Below, piece by piece: positions 9,687 through 19,911 of a DNA stretch of 64,000 nt (its first letter is position 1; each line of letters begins with the position of its first letter). The stretch covers positions 224,001 to 288,000 of the forward strand of contig OZ244048.1 of assembly GCA_965215265.1 (NCBI GenBank). Direction: 5' to 3'. The notes under the pieces were generated by a model that did not search any database, was not told the DNA's origin, and was given only the letters and a program-made list of their open reading frames with translations. A program made the position numbers and the translations under genes. The DNA comes from Candidatus Poribacteria bacterium. Lineage in GTDB: Bacteria > Poribacteria > WGA-4E > WGA-3G.

Positions 9687-10733
9687 ATGGAGAATTATTG
9701 TACTCTCCTTACCCTATTTGAGCAATATGAGACTTTTGCGCTCTCAACGCATATTCATCCTGATGGCGATGCGATCGGTTCGGAATTAGCCCTCTATCTT
9801 TTTCTGAAACGGCTCGGCAAATCCGTTAAAATGTTTAACAGCGACGAGGTGCCCGCGAACTATAGATTCCTACCGTTTTGGGATGATATTGAAGGCATAT
9901 CTTCTATTGAAGGGTATCGCCCTGAGGTTCTGGTTATATTAGACGCGAGCAGCCACGAACGGATTGGCGTTAAGTTATCCAAAACACTGAAACCCTTACA
10001 TATTCTCATCAATATAGACCATCACGCGACAGCAGTAGCGTTCGGCGATATCAATCTCATTGAGCCCTCAGCTTCTTCCACTTCAGAAATTATTTATCGG
10101 CTGATTAAAGCCCAGACTCCACCAATAATGTTAAATAGACAAAATCTCTCTACGGCGGACTCTCTAGATGAGGCATGCGCTCTCTGTCTCTATACTGGCA
10201 TCATGTTTGACACCGGTTGTTTTCGCCATAGTAATGCTTCGGCAGAAACGCATCGCATTGCAGCTGATTTGATTGAGCTCGGTGGTTTCGCACCGGATGA
10301 AGTCTATCGTAGTGTTTATGAACAGGTACCTATTTGCAAAGTACACCTACTGAGTAAAGTCCTTGGCACACTGCGTGTGACAAAAAACGGAAAGATAGCC
10401 TCGGTATATGCAACGCAAGCAATGTTCAATCAAACAGGGGCGACAACCGATGCGGTAGAAGGGATTGTGAATCATATTCAAACGATTGCAGGCATTGAAG
10501 TCGCTCTTTGTGTAACCGAGTTAGAAGATGGTAGTACAAAGGTGAGTTTGCGCAGTCAAGGACGCGTGGATGTAGGGGCACTAGCTGCCGAGTTCAATGG
10601 TGGCGGCCATGAGCGTGCATCCGGTTGCCGCATCTCGATGCCGTATCTTTCCGCTATAACAGCACTGGTAGCAACAGCACAACGCTACATTGGACGGACT
10701 GAAGAAACCTCTTCGGTGAGAACAAATCGATAG
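9687..10733 (+). CDS. nrnA: DHH/DHHA1 phosphoesterase (NrnA-like)
   Basis: HIHPDGDAIGS, IDHH, DTGCF, GGGHERASG. Confidence 0.88.
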   Translation: MENYCTLLTLFEQYETFALSTHIHPDGDAIGSELALYLFLKRLGKSVKMFNSDEVPANYRFLPFWDDIEGISSIEGYRPEVLVILDASSHERIGVKLSKTLKPLHILINIDHHATAVAFGDINLIEPSASSTSEIIYRLIKAQTPPIMLNRQNLSTADSLDEACALCLYTGIMFDTGCFRHSNASAETHRIAADLIELGGFAPDEVYRSVYEQVPICKVHLLSKVLGTLRVTKNGKIASVYATQAMFNQTGATTDAVEGIVNHIQTIAGIEVALCVTELEDGSTKVSLRSQGRVDVGALAAEFNGGGHERASGCRISMPYLSAITALVATAQRYIGRTEETSSVRTNR

Positions 10734-10896
10734 TCCATTTTTGAGTAAGGGTTTAGTGTTTTAAGGGGCACATCGCGCAAGTGACAATGAGGTTCGGGAA
10801 CTTTTTTATCCTAATTTTGGCAATATAGGAGTCAGGGTTATACAGTGTGCCTTGCACAACTTTAGTCCCGTTAGGGATATCCTGTTTATAACGATT

Positions 10897-11862
10897 TTGG
10901 AAACTTTTTATACTTTGGACGATGTCCCCCAATTTGATAGAAACGCGGCAGTCACCTTTGGCGTATTTGATGGGATCCATATTGGACATCAAACCGTTCT
11001 TAAAGTGCTTCTCCAGCGTGCCTCACAAGAAAATCTAATCAGCATCCTTGTAGGTTTCTATCCGCATCCGTTGGCGTTTCTAGATCCGGAACAGTGTCCA
11101 CCGATCTTAATGCCTCTCGCTAAGCGGCTTGAAATTCTTGAAGAAATTGGCATAGATAAAACGGTCATTCTCCGTTTTGATGAACAGATTGCTTGTATGC
11201 CACCGAGAACCTTTGTGCAGCGCGTATTATTAGAGAAATGTCGGGCAAAGCATATAGTTGTGGGCTATGCATGCCAGTTTGGGAAGGGCCGTGAAGGTAA
11301 CGCACAATACTTAGCAGAGCTCAGCAGGTTTCAACCTTTTGATGTTTCAATTGTGCCACCGACTGAGGTAAATGGTGCACCTGTGCATAGCACTCGCATT
11401 CGCGAAGCCATAGCCAGAGGAGACCTCAACTGGAGTTCGCGACTATTGAGGCGGACCTATTCTCTCATTGGACATGTAGTGCGCGGAGATGGTAGAGGGA
11501 AGCAGCTCGGTTTTCCAACAGCAAATATAGAGACACAAAATCAGGTTTGCCCACCGAATGGGGTTTACGCGATTCGGGCTAGGTTCATGCCTACAGACCG
11601 GGCAGCTGCGCCTGAATCAACTCGATACTTAGACGGTGTTTTGAATATAGGCACACGTCCTACATTTGATGGAGTGAAATTTCAAGTTGAAGCACACTTC
11701 TTCAATTTTGATCAAACCATCTATGGCAAATCTGTAGAGCTTTTTTTTGTAGAAAAAATTAGGAGTGAACGGAAGTTTCCACATCCAGCTCCTCTTGTAC
11801 AACAGATTCAGCGGGATATAGCTGCCGCCACCGAGATTCTGGCGGAGTCAGGCCACGTTTAA
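10897..11862 (+). CDS. ribF: Riboflavin kinase/FAD synthetase
   Basis: GVFDGIHIGH, HSTRIR, GKQLGFPTAN, IRSERKF; TTG start inferred. Confidence 0.95.
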   Translation: METFYTLDDVPQFDRNAAVTFGVFDGIHIGHQTVLKVLLQRASQENLISILVGFYPHPLAFLDPEQCPPILMPLAKRLEILEEIGIDKTVILRFDEQIACMPPRTFVQRVLLEKCRAKHIVVGYACQFGKGREGNAQYLAELSRFQPFDVSIVPPTEVNGAPVHSTRIREAIARGDLNWSSRLLRRTYSLIGHVVRGDGRGKQLGFPTANIETQNQVCPPNGVYAIRARFMPTDRAAAPESTRYLDGVLNIGTRPTFDGVKFQVEAHFFNFDQTIYGKSVELFFVEKIRSERKFPHPAPLVQQIQRDIAAATEILAESGHV

Positions 11863-11879
11863 AGGATTCTCAATTTAAT

Positions 11880-11908
11880 TTGAATTTTCCGTCATTCTGT
11901 GATATAAT
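11880..11908 (+). promoter_or_regulatory. Promoter for rpsO-pnp
   Basis: TTGAAT-17bp-TATAAT with TGa extended -10. Confidence 0.55.
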
Positions 11909-11956
11909 ATATGTATCAATAATGGCTATTAGGCAATCTAAAGGAGGTGAGCGCGA

Positions 11957-12247
11957 TTGGCAATTGATGCGGCACGGAAGCAGGAAATAATCCAACAGCA
12001 CCAGATGCACAAACGGGATACCGGTTCCCCGGAAGCACAAGTGGCGGTGTTGAATGCACGCATTCGACAACTCACTGAACATTTTCGGACGCATAGGAAA
12101 GACTATCATTCCCGCCATGGACTTTTTCGCTTAGTTGGAAAACAGCGACGTTTGTTAAGGTATCTTTACAAAAAGGATATTACGCGCTATTACAGTTTAA
12201 TTAATGAGTTAAAAATTCGTGATACTATTGGATCCAGCAAAGCGTAA
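11957..12247 (+). CDS. rpsO: 30S ribosomal protein S15
   Basis: DTGSPEAQVA..KDYHSRHGL; TTG start after AAGGAGGTGA. Confidence 0.96.
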   Translation: MAIDAARKQEIIQQHQMHKRDTGSPEAQVAVLNARIRQLTEHFRTHRKDYHSRHGLFRLVGKQRRLLRYLYKKDITRYYSLINELKIRDTIGSSKA

Positions 12248-12474
12248 GAAGCAGCTTGCAAAGGCATATTGCAACGCACCGGCCACCGTCGGCTCCCGCA
12301 AGATTCAGTCGGAGGCTTCCCCTCTTTTGCTATTGGCGAATCAACGTGCCATAGAGGGAGATTTTTCGCGCATGCAGACGCATGCCTTTAGAACAGAGAA
12401 CGTAAATAGTATTTTAATTTTGTTTCGCAATATGGGCTTGCAAGTTTTGCCCCATAATAGGAGTAGGATAAAAG

Positions 12475-14799
12475 ATGAAATTTGAAATGCAACTTGGGAG
12501 TGAGAAGTTATCTATTGAAACCGGAAAAGTTGCAAAACAAGCAGACGGTGCCGTTTGGGTACAGTACGGCGGAACAGTTGTCCTCGTTACAGTAGTAGCC
12601 GACCCGAGTGAAAATGACTTGGATTTCTTTCCATTAACGGTAGATTATAGAGAAAGGGCCTACGCCAGTGGGCGCATCCCGACTGTCTATGGGCGCAGAG
12701 AACCACGCCCCGGTACATCAGAACAACTCGTTGCACGATTAATTGACCACTGCATCCGGCCATTATTCCCAAAGGACTTTAAAGCCGAGGTTCAGGTTTT
12801 ATGCAATGTGTTATCCTCGGATGGCATCCACTCTGCCGACGTACCCGCGCTGATCGGTACATCGGCAGCACTCTCCATATCAGATATCCCCTTTAACGGT
12901 CCGGTTGCAGCGGTAACTATGGGAAAAGTAGACGGAAAACTGATTGTTAACCCCAGTTACGAGGCACTGCATGAATCAGATATGGAACTTTTCGTCAGTG
13001 GAAAGATAGACGCGGTGATGTCAGTTGAAGGCGGGGGACATGAAATTCCCGAAGACGAAGTTATTGATACAATCATCACTGCGCACGCAGAGATAAAGGA
13101 AGCTATCAAAATTCAAGAAGCCTTAGCAGCTGTTAGCAGTCGTCAGAAGCGCGACTATGCAGCAAAAAGTGTAAAATCAGAGCTCAACCGTCGCGTCCGA
13201 GATCTGGCTACATCAAAAATCCAGGAATCTATCGGAATGGCAGATAAGAAATCCCGCGAAGACTATCTCGAACAGGTACAGGAAGAGGTGTTATCGGAGA
13301 TCTTGGTGGAAATACCGGAAGAGGTAGACCCAACAGCGACGAAGGATGCAATTTCTATTTTGAGTGACATTGAGAAAGAGGAGATGCGTCAGGCGATTCT
13401 GACCGAGGGAACGCGCGTTGATGGACGGGGCGTAACCGACATCCGCTCTATTTCTGGTGAAGTCGCTTTACTTCCATACGCCCATGGCTCTGCACTCTTC
13501 ACCCGTGGACAAACACAAGCACTCTGTGCAACAACCCTTGGTACCTCCGGCGATGAAGACGTGCAACGGGGACTTGAAGGAGAAGCCAGACGCTCCTTCT
13601 TCCTCCACTACAACTTCCCCCCTTTTAGCACCGGTGAAGTCAAACGAATGATGGGCCCCGGACGCCGGGAAATCGGACACGGCGCACTCGCTGAGAAAGC
13701 ACTCGAACCGGTGATTCCAAAAAAAGAGGATTTTCACTATACTATCCGGGTTGTCTCTGAGATATTGGAATCGAATGCTTCTTCTTCAATGGCAACCGTG
13801 TGTGGCGCGACGCTCGCCCTGATGGATGCAGGAGTGCCTATTAAAAAACCCGTGGCAGGAATTGGCATCGGTTTGATCAAAGAAGGCGAGAACGAGGTTA
13901 TTCTCACCGATATGCTTGGCACTGAGGATTTCCTCGGGGATATGGATTTCAAAGTCGCAGGTACAAGCGAAGGGGTTACTGCCATCCAAATGGATATCAA
14001 AATTGATGGCGTGACACCGGAACTGATGCGCACCGCCATCCATCAAGCAAAGAAAGCACGGCTTGCTGTCATTGAACAGATGAACGCTATCATTGCTGAA
14101 CCTCGTCAAGAATTGTCGCCTTATGCACCGCGTATCCATTCTATACAGATTGCGCAGCAGAAGATTAAAGACCTCATCGGACCGCGTGGTAAAACCGTAC
14201 AAGGTCTTCAGGAAGAGACTAACACCACGATTAACATCGAAGATGATGGGACCGTGGAGATCGCCGCAACTAGCGTGGAAGATGTACGCCTCGCTGAAGA
14301 AAAAATTCGTGCAATCACCGCGATGCCGGAGATCGGTAAGGAATACACAGGCAAAGTCGTCCGCACTGCTCCTTTTGGTGCTTTTGTTGAAATCCTACCG
14401 GGTAAAGACGGCCTCGTCCACATTTCGCAGATGGGCGACGGCTATGTCCGCCGCGCCGAAGATGTTATGCAAGTTGGAGACGAAGTTACCGTGCGCATTC
14501 TTACTATAGATGAACAGGACCGGCTGGATCTGACTTTGATAGCTGCTAGGGGAATACCCGTCGAAGAACTCAACGTAGGCGGAAACTCAGACAACGATTC
14601 GGAATGGAATGATTCGAGGGAACCCCGGGACTCAGGCCGCTACAATTACCGTGACAACCGCGATTCGCGAGACTATCGTGGAGATCGACGGAATCGTGAT
14701 TCACGGGAAAGACGCGGCGGTCGCTATGATTCGTCGGATAACGAACGCGACTTCCGAAATCGTCGTACACCACGCATCCCAAAGGGACGTTCCAGATAG
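12475..14799 (+). CDS. pnp: Polyribonucleotide nucleotidyltransferase with R/D-rich tail
   Basis: RREIGHG, ESNASSSMA, GDMDFKVAG, KH and S1 domains. Confidence 0.97.
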   Translation: MKFEMQLGSEKLSIETGKVAKQADGAVWVQYGGTVVLVTVVADPSENDLDFFPLTVDYRERAYASGRIPTVYGRREPRPGTSEQLVARLIDHCIRPLFPKDFKAEVQVLCNVLSSDGIHSADVPALIGTSAALSISDIPFNGPVAAVTMGKVDGKLIVNPSYEALHESDMELFVSGKIDAVMSVEGGGHEIPEDEVIDTIITAHAEIKEAIKIQEALAAVSSRQKRDYAAKSVKSELNRRVRDLATSKIQESIGMADKKSREDYLEQVQEEVLSEILVEIPEEVDPTATKDAISILSDIEKEEMRQAILTEGTRVDGRGVTDIRSISGEVALLPYAHGSALFTRGQTQALCATTLGTSGDEDVQRGLEGEARRSFFLHYNFPPFSTGEVKRMMGPGRREIGHGALAEKALEPVIPKKEDFHYTIRVVSEILESNASSSMATVCGATLALMDAGVPIKKPVAGIGIGLIKEGENEVILTDMLGTEDFLGDMDFKVAGTSEGVTAIQMDIKIDGVTPELMRTAIHQAKKARLAVIEQMNAIIAEPRQELSPYAPRIHSIQIAQQKIKDLIGPRGKTVQGLQEETNTTINIEDDGTVEIAATSVEDVRLAEEKIRAITAMPEIGKEYTGKVVRTAPFGAFVEILPGKDGLVHISQMGDGYVRRAEDVMQVGDEVTVRILTIDEQDRLDLTLIAARGIPVEELNVGGNSDNDSEWNDSREPRDSGRYNYRDNRDSRDYRGDRRNRDSRERRGGRYDSSDNERDFRNRRTPRIPKGRSR

Positions 14800-14985
14800 A
14801 ATCTTTCCATTTTAAAGAAGTGTGATAAAAAGGATTTGTGAATCGTCGCAGAAACGGTAGTATGATAAATGCTTCATTTTTCATACTACCATATCGTTCA
14901 AATTCTCTCCTAGCGGCTCACTCAGGTGGCACTTTTCGCAGAAGAAACAGACATCTTGGAAAAATAACGGAAGGGGAGGTTACTC

Positions 14986-15240
14986 ATGAAAGCTCGACTA
15001 TCCAAAAGACGACAGATTCAGAAGGCGAAAGGCGATTTGCTAGATCAGAAATGGCTAACCTATTTTTTGGTTATTATTCTCGTTCTGCTTATTGTGACAT
15101 TTGTGGTTTTATCATCCCCCGCGTATAAAAAACAGTTTATTGAAAGTGTCAAAACCGTATTTTATGGGAAGAAACAGAAGACTCGACGTCCTCAAGCTTC
15201 ACCGGCGGCTTTTCAGGGACCGACTCTGATTGGGAGGTAG
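14986..15240 (+). CDS. Small single-pass membrane protein
   Basis: RBS GGAGG; hydrophobic helix WLTYFLVIILVLLIVTFVVL. Confidence 0.6.
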   Translation: MKARLSKRRQIQKAKGDLLDQKWLTYFLVIILVLLIVTFVVLSSPAYKKQFIESVKTVFYGKKQKTRRPQASPAAFQGPTLIGR

Positions 15241-15243
15241 AAC

Positions 15244-15759
15244 ATGTCTAAATTGATGTTACTTTTAGCCATCCCGGTATTGCTATGTATAATCCCGGGT
15301 TGTGGATATGTTTCCAAGTCCGCTTATCTGGAGCATATTGAAACGATCAGGGTCCCACCCATTGAGATCTTGGATGCTGATTTTGCTTATGATGAAATCA
15401 CACAACGTCCTTATGATGAAGTCATTCAAGAAAAACTCATCCAACGTTTCAACCGCAAATGGCGAGATGGAAGCGACTCCCAATTTACGATGCGGATACA
15501 GGATTATAATATAAAGGAGCACGGGTTTGGCCCCAGCGGTGAAGTTGAGATGTTGCGGATGAGCCTACAAGTGGAATATGAATTTCTTGATAGAATCCGC
15601 AATAACATAATCGCACAAAGTACGAACCACGTCCAGGTTCATGATTTTTACCTTGTACCCAACCGAGGCGAACCGCCGGAAACCGTCAACCAAGCAAAAG
15701 GGCTGATAGTAGACGAATTGATAGAGGATCTTTACAATCAACTTGCTGAACAGTGGTAG
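15244..15759 (+). CDS. Lipoprotein, LptE-like
   Basis: Lipobox IPGC-GY; length and terminal ..EQW pattern as in LptE-like proteins. Confidence 0.55.
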   Translation: MSKLMLLLAIPVLLCIIPGCGYVSKSAYLEHIETIRVPPIEILDADFAYDEITQRPYDEVIQEKLIQRFNRKWRDGSDSQFTMRIQDYNIKEHGFGPSGEVEMLRMSLQVEYEFLDRIRNNIIAQSTNHVQVHDFYLVPNRGEPPETVNQAKGLIVDELIEDLYNQLAEQW

Positions 15760-15774
15760 CATTCCCAAAAATTA

Positions 15775-15865
15775 TAGAGTCAATACATCAGGAACCTCCG
15801 ACGAGATTTATACACGAGCTGTCAATACCTAAGCGTTGATGGTACGTACGGAGATATACGAAAAA
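15775..15865 (+). repeat. Dispersed palindromic repeat family, right arm
   Basis: TAGAGTCAATACATC..CTCCGACGAGATTTATACACGAG..AAGCGTTGATGGTAC..GGAGATATACGAAAAA. Confidence 0.85.
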
Positions 15866-17011
15866 ATGAAAAGGCACGGCATAGTTTTGTTCGCAATTTT
15901 ATCGATCTCAATGCTTGGATGCGGTTCCTGTGATAGTGAACCAGGCAATTGGACAGTTGTCAACCAAATTGGTAATTATATCTACGGTGTATGGAAGGGG
16001 CCAACGGTGAAGGTAGCGTCGCAAGCAATGCGAGAAATCGCTGTGAACATTGGCGCTCAAGGTGACCGGCCGTCGGCACTAGCTACCCAAACGACTCTTG
16101 CCCCGGAGTCCCTCTTGCCTATAAAAGTGTCCGCCGGACGCGGGGCAACGGCATCTGATTGGATACAATCTAGAACACCATCAACATATCATAATACCCA
16201 AACGCTCTACCATGATAGGGCTGTAAAACCCGATATCTACTATGCCTATGGCTTCAAGCGACAAGCAGAGGTAGAGTACCAAGCATCAAGATTCGGTGCC
16301 AAACCCCTAATTTTACTTGAAATCTTCGATATGGGAACCCCAGAAAACGCCTTTGGCATTTATAGTTTTAACACCTATCCACAAGCGAAGATAGAATGGG
16401 TTGGCAGTAAGGCACTTCTTTCAGGTGGATACCTCCGGTTTTCTAAAAGTAAATATTTTATTCAGATAGAGGGGTACGAATTTGCAACCGGCATTCGCGA
16501 AGGAATGATCGCCTTGGCAAAAGTCGTCGCTTCCCAGATTAAAGAACCTCCAACTAAAGTGCCTTTACTAGCACTGCTACCAAGTCATAGAATCAACGGA
16601 AGTGAAAAACTCTTCCGCACAATTTGGACGCTAGACCAAATCTATAATGGCTTGCCGTCTCATCTCCCCCAATTTACCGACAAAAGGTTGCCCGCACTTC
16701 GTGAAGTAGATACCGCTGCTCTTCACAATGAACGGAGCAACAATACAGCAGAGTGGGCTTCAAGCGAGCTTCCAACTGAGATTGCGATGGAAATCAGTGC
16801 TGAAACTCCTATTGGTGTTTCAGCACGTTATCATGCTAAGGGGACCACAAACTGGCTGGATGCACCGATTGTTTTCATTATACGTTTTTCCGATGCCTCC
16901 ACTGCTGAGTCTGTTTACGCACTTTACCGGAACGCTGTGACAGAGAAAACCTCGTCTATCAAAATTGGAGAAGATGGGGAAATCCTAATCGATGAAACTT
17001 CTCGTTTATGA
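15866..17011 (+). CDS. Hypothetical lipoprotein (DUF6599-like)
   Basis: Signal peptide with LGC; EIFDMGTPENAFGIYS motif. Confidence 0.65.
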   Translation: MKRHGIVLFAILSISMLGCGSCDSEPGNWTVVNQIGNYIYGVWKGPTVKVASQAMREIAVNIGAQGDRPSALATQTTLAPESLLPIKVSAGRGATASDWIQSRTPSTYHNTQTLYHDRAVKPDIYYAYGFKRQAEVEYQASRFGAKPLILLEIFDMGTPENAFGIYSFNTYPQAKIEWVGSKALLSGGYLRFSKSKYFIQIEGYEFATGIREGMIALAKVVASQIKEPPTKVPLLALLPSHRINGSEKLFRTIWTLDQIYNGLPSHLPQFTDKRLPALREVDTAALHNERSNNTAEWASSELPTEIAMEISAETPIGVSARYHAKGTTNWLDAPIVFIIRFSDASTAESVYALYRNAVTEKTSSIKIGEDGEILIDETSRL

Positions 17012-17023
17012 AAATTCGCAGAA

Positions 17024-17305
17024 TTTTTCGTATTCGTATATCTCCGTTTTTTCGTATCTCTCGGTACTACCAACGTCTATGCTTTTGATGGTTCGTGTTG
17101 TAAAGGTTTTAACATTGCAGTGGCAGGATAGGTATTCTTTGTCTCTCCTTTCAGGAGTAAAAAAGATAACCGAACCCCGCCAAAAGTTATCAGCGGTGAA
17201 GAGAATGATGTTTAGAGTCAATACATCGAACGGCTCAGACGAGATTTATACAGTAATTTACAAAACATAATGCGTTATCGGGCTGAAATATACAAAAAAC
17301 GAAAA
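17024..17305. repeat. Mosaic repeat (arms plus 62-bp TGGCAGG..CCCGCCA hairpin)
   Basis: Shares modules with 22935-23300 and 34476-34825. Confidence 0.85.
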
Positions 17306-17326
17306 AGTGAGTCAAGGAGGAATGTT

Positions 17327-18085
17327 GTGCGAGGCGATTTTGAAGCGTATCTGAATGACGATTTTCGCGATGAAAATGGAAAACTGGATTTAGGAAGTCT
17401 TTTGGAATTAGAGGACGAAGCGGACATTGATGTTGCTGTGATTATGCCGAATACCCAACCGAATCCGCAAAATGCGGCACTTGCTGATGCGATTCGTGGA
17501 AATCCACGCGCGCTTGGATGTGCCCTTATACATCCGACAGAAGCGCAACCTGTACAGCAGGTTCAGCAGGCAGCAGATACTTGGGGAATGCGTGGTATTA
17601 AACTCATGCCAACTGTGCATAATTACAATGTGGATGATGAAATAGTACAACCGGTAGTTGAAGCTGCACGTGAGCATGGGCTCATCATCTCAATTCATTC
17701 CGGCCCTAACAATTGTCATCCGAACCGTATCGGCAAAGTTGCAAGTTGGGTGCCTGAGACACCGGTCATCATGGATCATATGGGCTTGCCGGAGGATTTG
17801 GATGCAGCAATTTCGGTAGCACAACGAAACCCGAATGTCTTCCTCGGAACTACAATCCTCCGCTTTCATAGACGCTGGGGAACGGATGCAAATACGGTCG
17901 TTCCGATGGAGGTAAAGAAAGCAGTCGCTGCCGTGGGGCCCGAGCAAATTGTATTTGGCTCCAATCTGCCTGAGTACCGTCCAATTCAGGTTATCAATGC
18001 CCTAAAGAGATTGGAGCTCGGTGACGACGCAGAAACTCTTATTTTTGGTGGGAACCTTGCTCGCATTTACGGATTAGAAACGTAG
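17327..18085 (+). CDS. Amidohydrolase_2 family metal-dependent hydrolase
   Basis: RGIKLMP, IHSG, IMDHMG, IVFGSN, IFGGNLAR; GTG after AAGGAGG. Confidence 0.85.
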   Translation: MRGDFEAYLNDDFRDENGKLDLGSLLELEDEADIDVAVIMPNTQPNPQNAALADAIRGNPRALGCALIHPTEAQPVQQVQQAADTWGMRGIKLMPTVHNYNVDDEIVQPVVEAAREHGLIISIHSGPNNCHPNRIGKVASWVPETPVIMDHMGLPEDLDAAISVAQRNPNVFLGTTILRFHRRWGTDANTVVPMEVKKAVAAVGPEQIVFGSNLPEYRPIQVINALKRLELGDDAETLIFGGNLARIYGLET

Positions 18086-18100
18086 GCACATTTGTATCAT

Positions 18101-18210
18101 AACCTAGAAAGGCTCAGACGAGATTTACACACAGGACATCGTGACATAAGTTGCGAGATAAGAATACCTATCTCGCAACCCACTGGGTGATGACGGTATG
18201 GAGATATACA
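18101..18210 (+). repeat. Repeat arm with nested hairpin
   Basis: GGCTCAGACGAGATTTACAC..GACATAAG[TTGCGAGATA AGAATACC TATCTCGCAA CCCACTGG]..GGAGATATACA. Confidence 0.8.
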
Positions 18211-18225
18211 GAGAGGTTTTTAAAG

Positions 18226-19305
18226 GTGAGCACGCTAAAACGCACACCTCTTTATGATGTTCACACTGCACTCACTGCAAAATTTACCCACTTCAGCGGA
18301 TGGGAGATGCCGCTCCAGTACAGCAGCATTGTCACGGAGCATCTCTCTGTGCGGCGCGCTGTTGGGCTGTTTGATTTGTCCCACATGGGAGAAATTGAGG
18401 TCCGCGGACACGGGGCAAACGAGTTGGTTCAAAAACTCAGCACCAACGACGTGAACCGTTTAACCGATGGACGTGTGTTGTACACACTCCTTTGTAACGA
18501 GACAGGTGGAATAGTTGATGATATTCTCATTTACCGCCGCACCGATAACTACTATATGCTGGTTGTCAACGCTGCCAACATTGAAAAAGATCTGGCATGG
18601 CTGGAACTCCATAATGACGAGGACGCGGATGTAAGAGATGTAAGCGAGGACACAATCCTCATTGCGCTACAAGGACCTGCAGCAATCAAAACGCTGCGTC
18701 CCCTCGTACCCAAGTTGGATGTGGGAAAAATTCCGTATTTTCGGTTTGCCAACGGCGAGATAGCAGGGATGCGGACTGTGATTTCACGAACCGGTTACAC
18801 AGGGGAAGTCGGTTTTGAGTTGTATGTGGACACCAAAAACGCAAAACGTTTGTGGGATACGCTTTATCCCGCAGTGACATCGGCTGGCGGACAACCCGTC
18901 GGACTTGGTGCACGTGATACACTACGACTTGAAGCAGGGCTTCGACTCTACGGCATGGACATGGACGAAAACACGACACCCTTTGAAGTTGGGCTGAGTA
19001 GGTTTATCAAATTTAAGAACCGACAATTTATTGGCAAGGCAGCACTCCTCGCACAGAAACGGAAAGGAGCCCTTGCAAGGCAGATGGTAGGTTTTCAGAT
19101 GCTTGGCCGCGCCGTGGCACGTGCTGGCCATCACGTCTATCAAAAGGGCAAGCACATAGGGAATGTGACGAGCGGTGCACCTTCACCGAGTCTTAAATGT
19201 AATATCGGTTTCGCGTCCATCTCTCAAAATATTGGGAAAAGCATCGAAATTGACATCCGAGGAAAACTGCACCCTGCGAAAATCGTGGAAATCCCTTTTT
19301 TATAG
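18226..19305 (+). CDS. gcvT: Glycine cleavage aminomethyltransferase T
   Basis: LKRTPLY, GWEMPLQY, FDLSHMGE, SRTGYTGE, GLGARDTLRLEAG. Confidence 0.96.
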   Translation: MSTLKRTPLYDVHTALTAKFTHFSGWEMPLQYSSIVTEHLSVRRAVGLFDLSHMGEIEVRGHGANELVQKLSTNDVNRLTDGRVLYTLLCNETGGIVDDILIYRRTDNYYMLVVNAANIEKDLAWLELHNDEDADVRDVSEDTILIALQGPAAIKTLRPLVPKLDVGKIPYFRFANGEIAGMRTVISRTGYTGEVGFELYVDTKNAKRLWDTLYPAVTSAGGQPVGLGARDTLRLEAGLRLYGMDMDENTTPFEVGLSRFIKFKNRQFIGKAALLAQKRKGALARQMVGFQMLGRAVARAGHHVYQKGKHIGNVTSGAPSPSLKCNIGFASISQNIGKSIEIDIRGKLHPAKIVEIPFL

Positions 19306-19322
19306 ATGTTTATAATTTTGAA

Positions 19323-19405
19323 TTTTCGTCTACAAGAGCACGATAAAGATGTTTGTGGCAGGAACTCTCAAAACCTAAGCCTTGATGGTACGGAGATATA
19401 CAAAA
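19323..19405 (+). repeat. Mosaic repeat fragment before gcvH
   Basis: TTTTCGTCTACAAGAGC..TTTGTGGCAGGA..AAGCCTTGATGGTACGGAGATATACAAAA. Confidence 0.75.
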
Positions 19406-19783
19406 TTGTTTCCACAAGATTTGAAATACCTGGAAAGCCATGAATGGGCACGACAAGAAGGCGATATCGCAATTATCGGCATAACAGATTACGCCCAAGC
19501 CGAAATTCAGGATATCGTCTATGTTGAATTACCTGATATCGGGACCCACGTCACGCAGAAAACTGAGTTTGGCATAATAGAATCTGTCAAGGCTGCATTT
19601 GAACTCTATGCACCAGTGAGTGGTGAAGTCCTTGCAGTAAATGAATCCCTAGATGACACCCCGGAGTCTGTCAATACATCACCCTATGACGCAGGATGGC
19701 TGATAAAAATCAGAATGACGGATGCAGGGGAGCTAGCGGAACTCCTTGATGCAGAAGGATATCAGGCACAAATTGAATCATAG
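19406..19783 (+). CDS. gcvH: Glycine cleavage H protein
   Basis: SHEW, GITDYAQ, IESVKAA lipoyl-lysine; TTG start inferred. Confidence 0.95.
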   Translation: MFPQDLKYLESHEWARQEGDIAIIGITDYAQAEIQDIVYVELPDIGTHVTQKTEFGIIESVKAAFELYAPVSGEVLAVNESLDDTPESVNTSPYDAGWLIKIRMTDAGELAELLDAEGYQAQIES

Positions 19784-19911
19784 AAAGTTATATAGAGGTC
19801 TTCTAAAGTTATAGGAAAGCAAAATAACAAAAATGATTGCTCATTTATGAAAAAGGCTTACTTTTTCATAAACTATAGGCAGCGACGAGCTCGCTCTTTT
19901 CAGGAATAGGC

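Noticed and set aside
18086-18225. Glycine riboswitch before gcvT
   Set aside because: The spacer consists of repeat modules; I could not recognise a tandem glycine aptamer.
15836-18225. N-terminal ORF extensions at 15836, 17270 and 18151
   Set aside because: These extensions read through repeat DNA; downstream starts have better RBS and match family N-termini.
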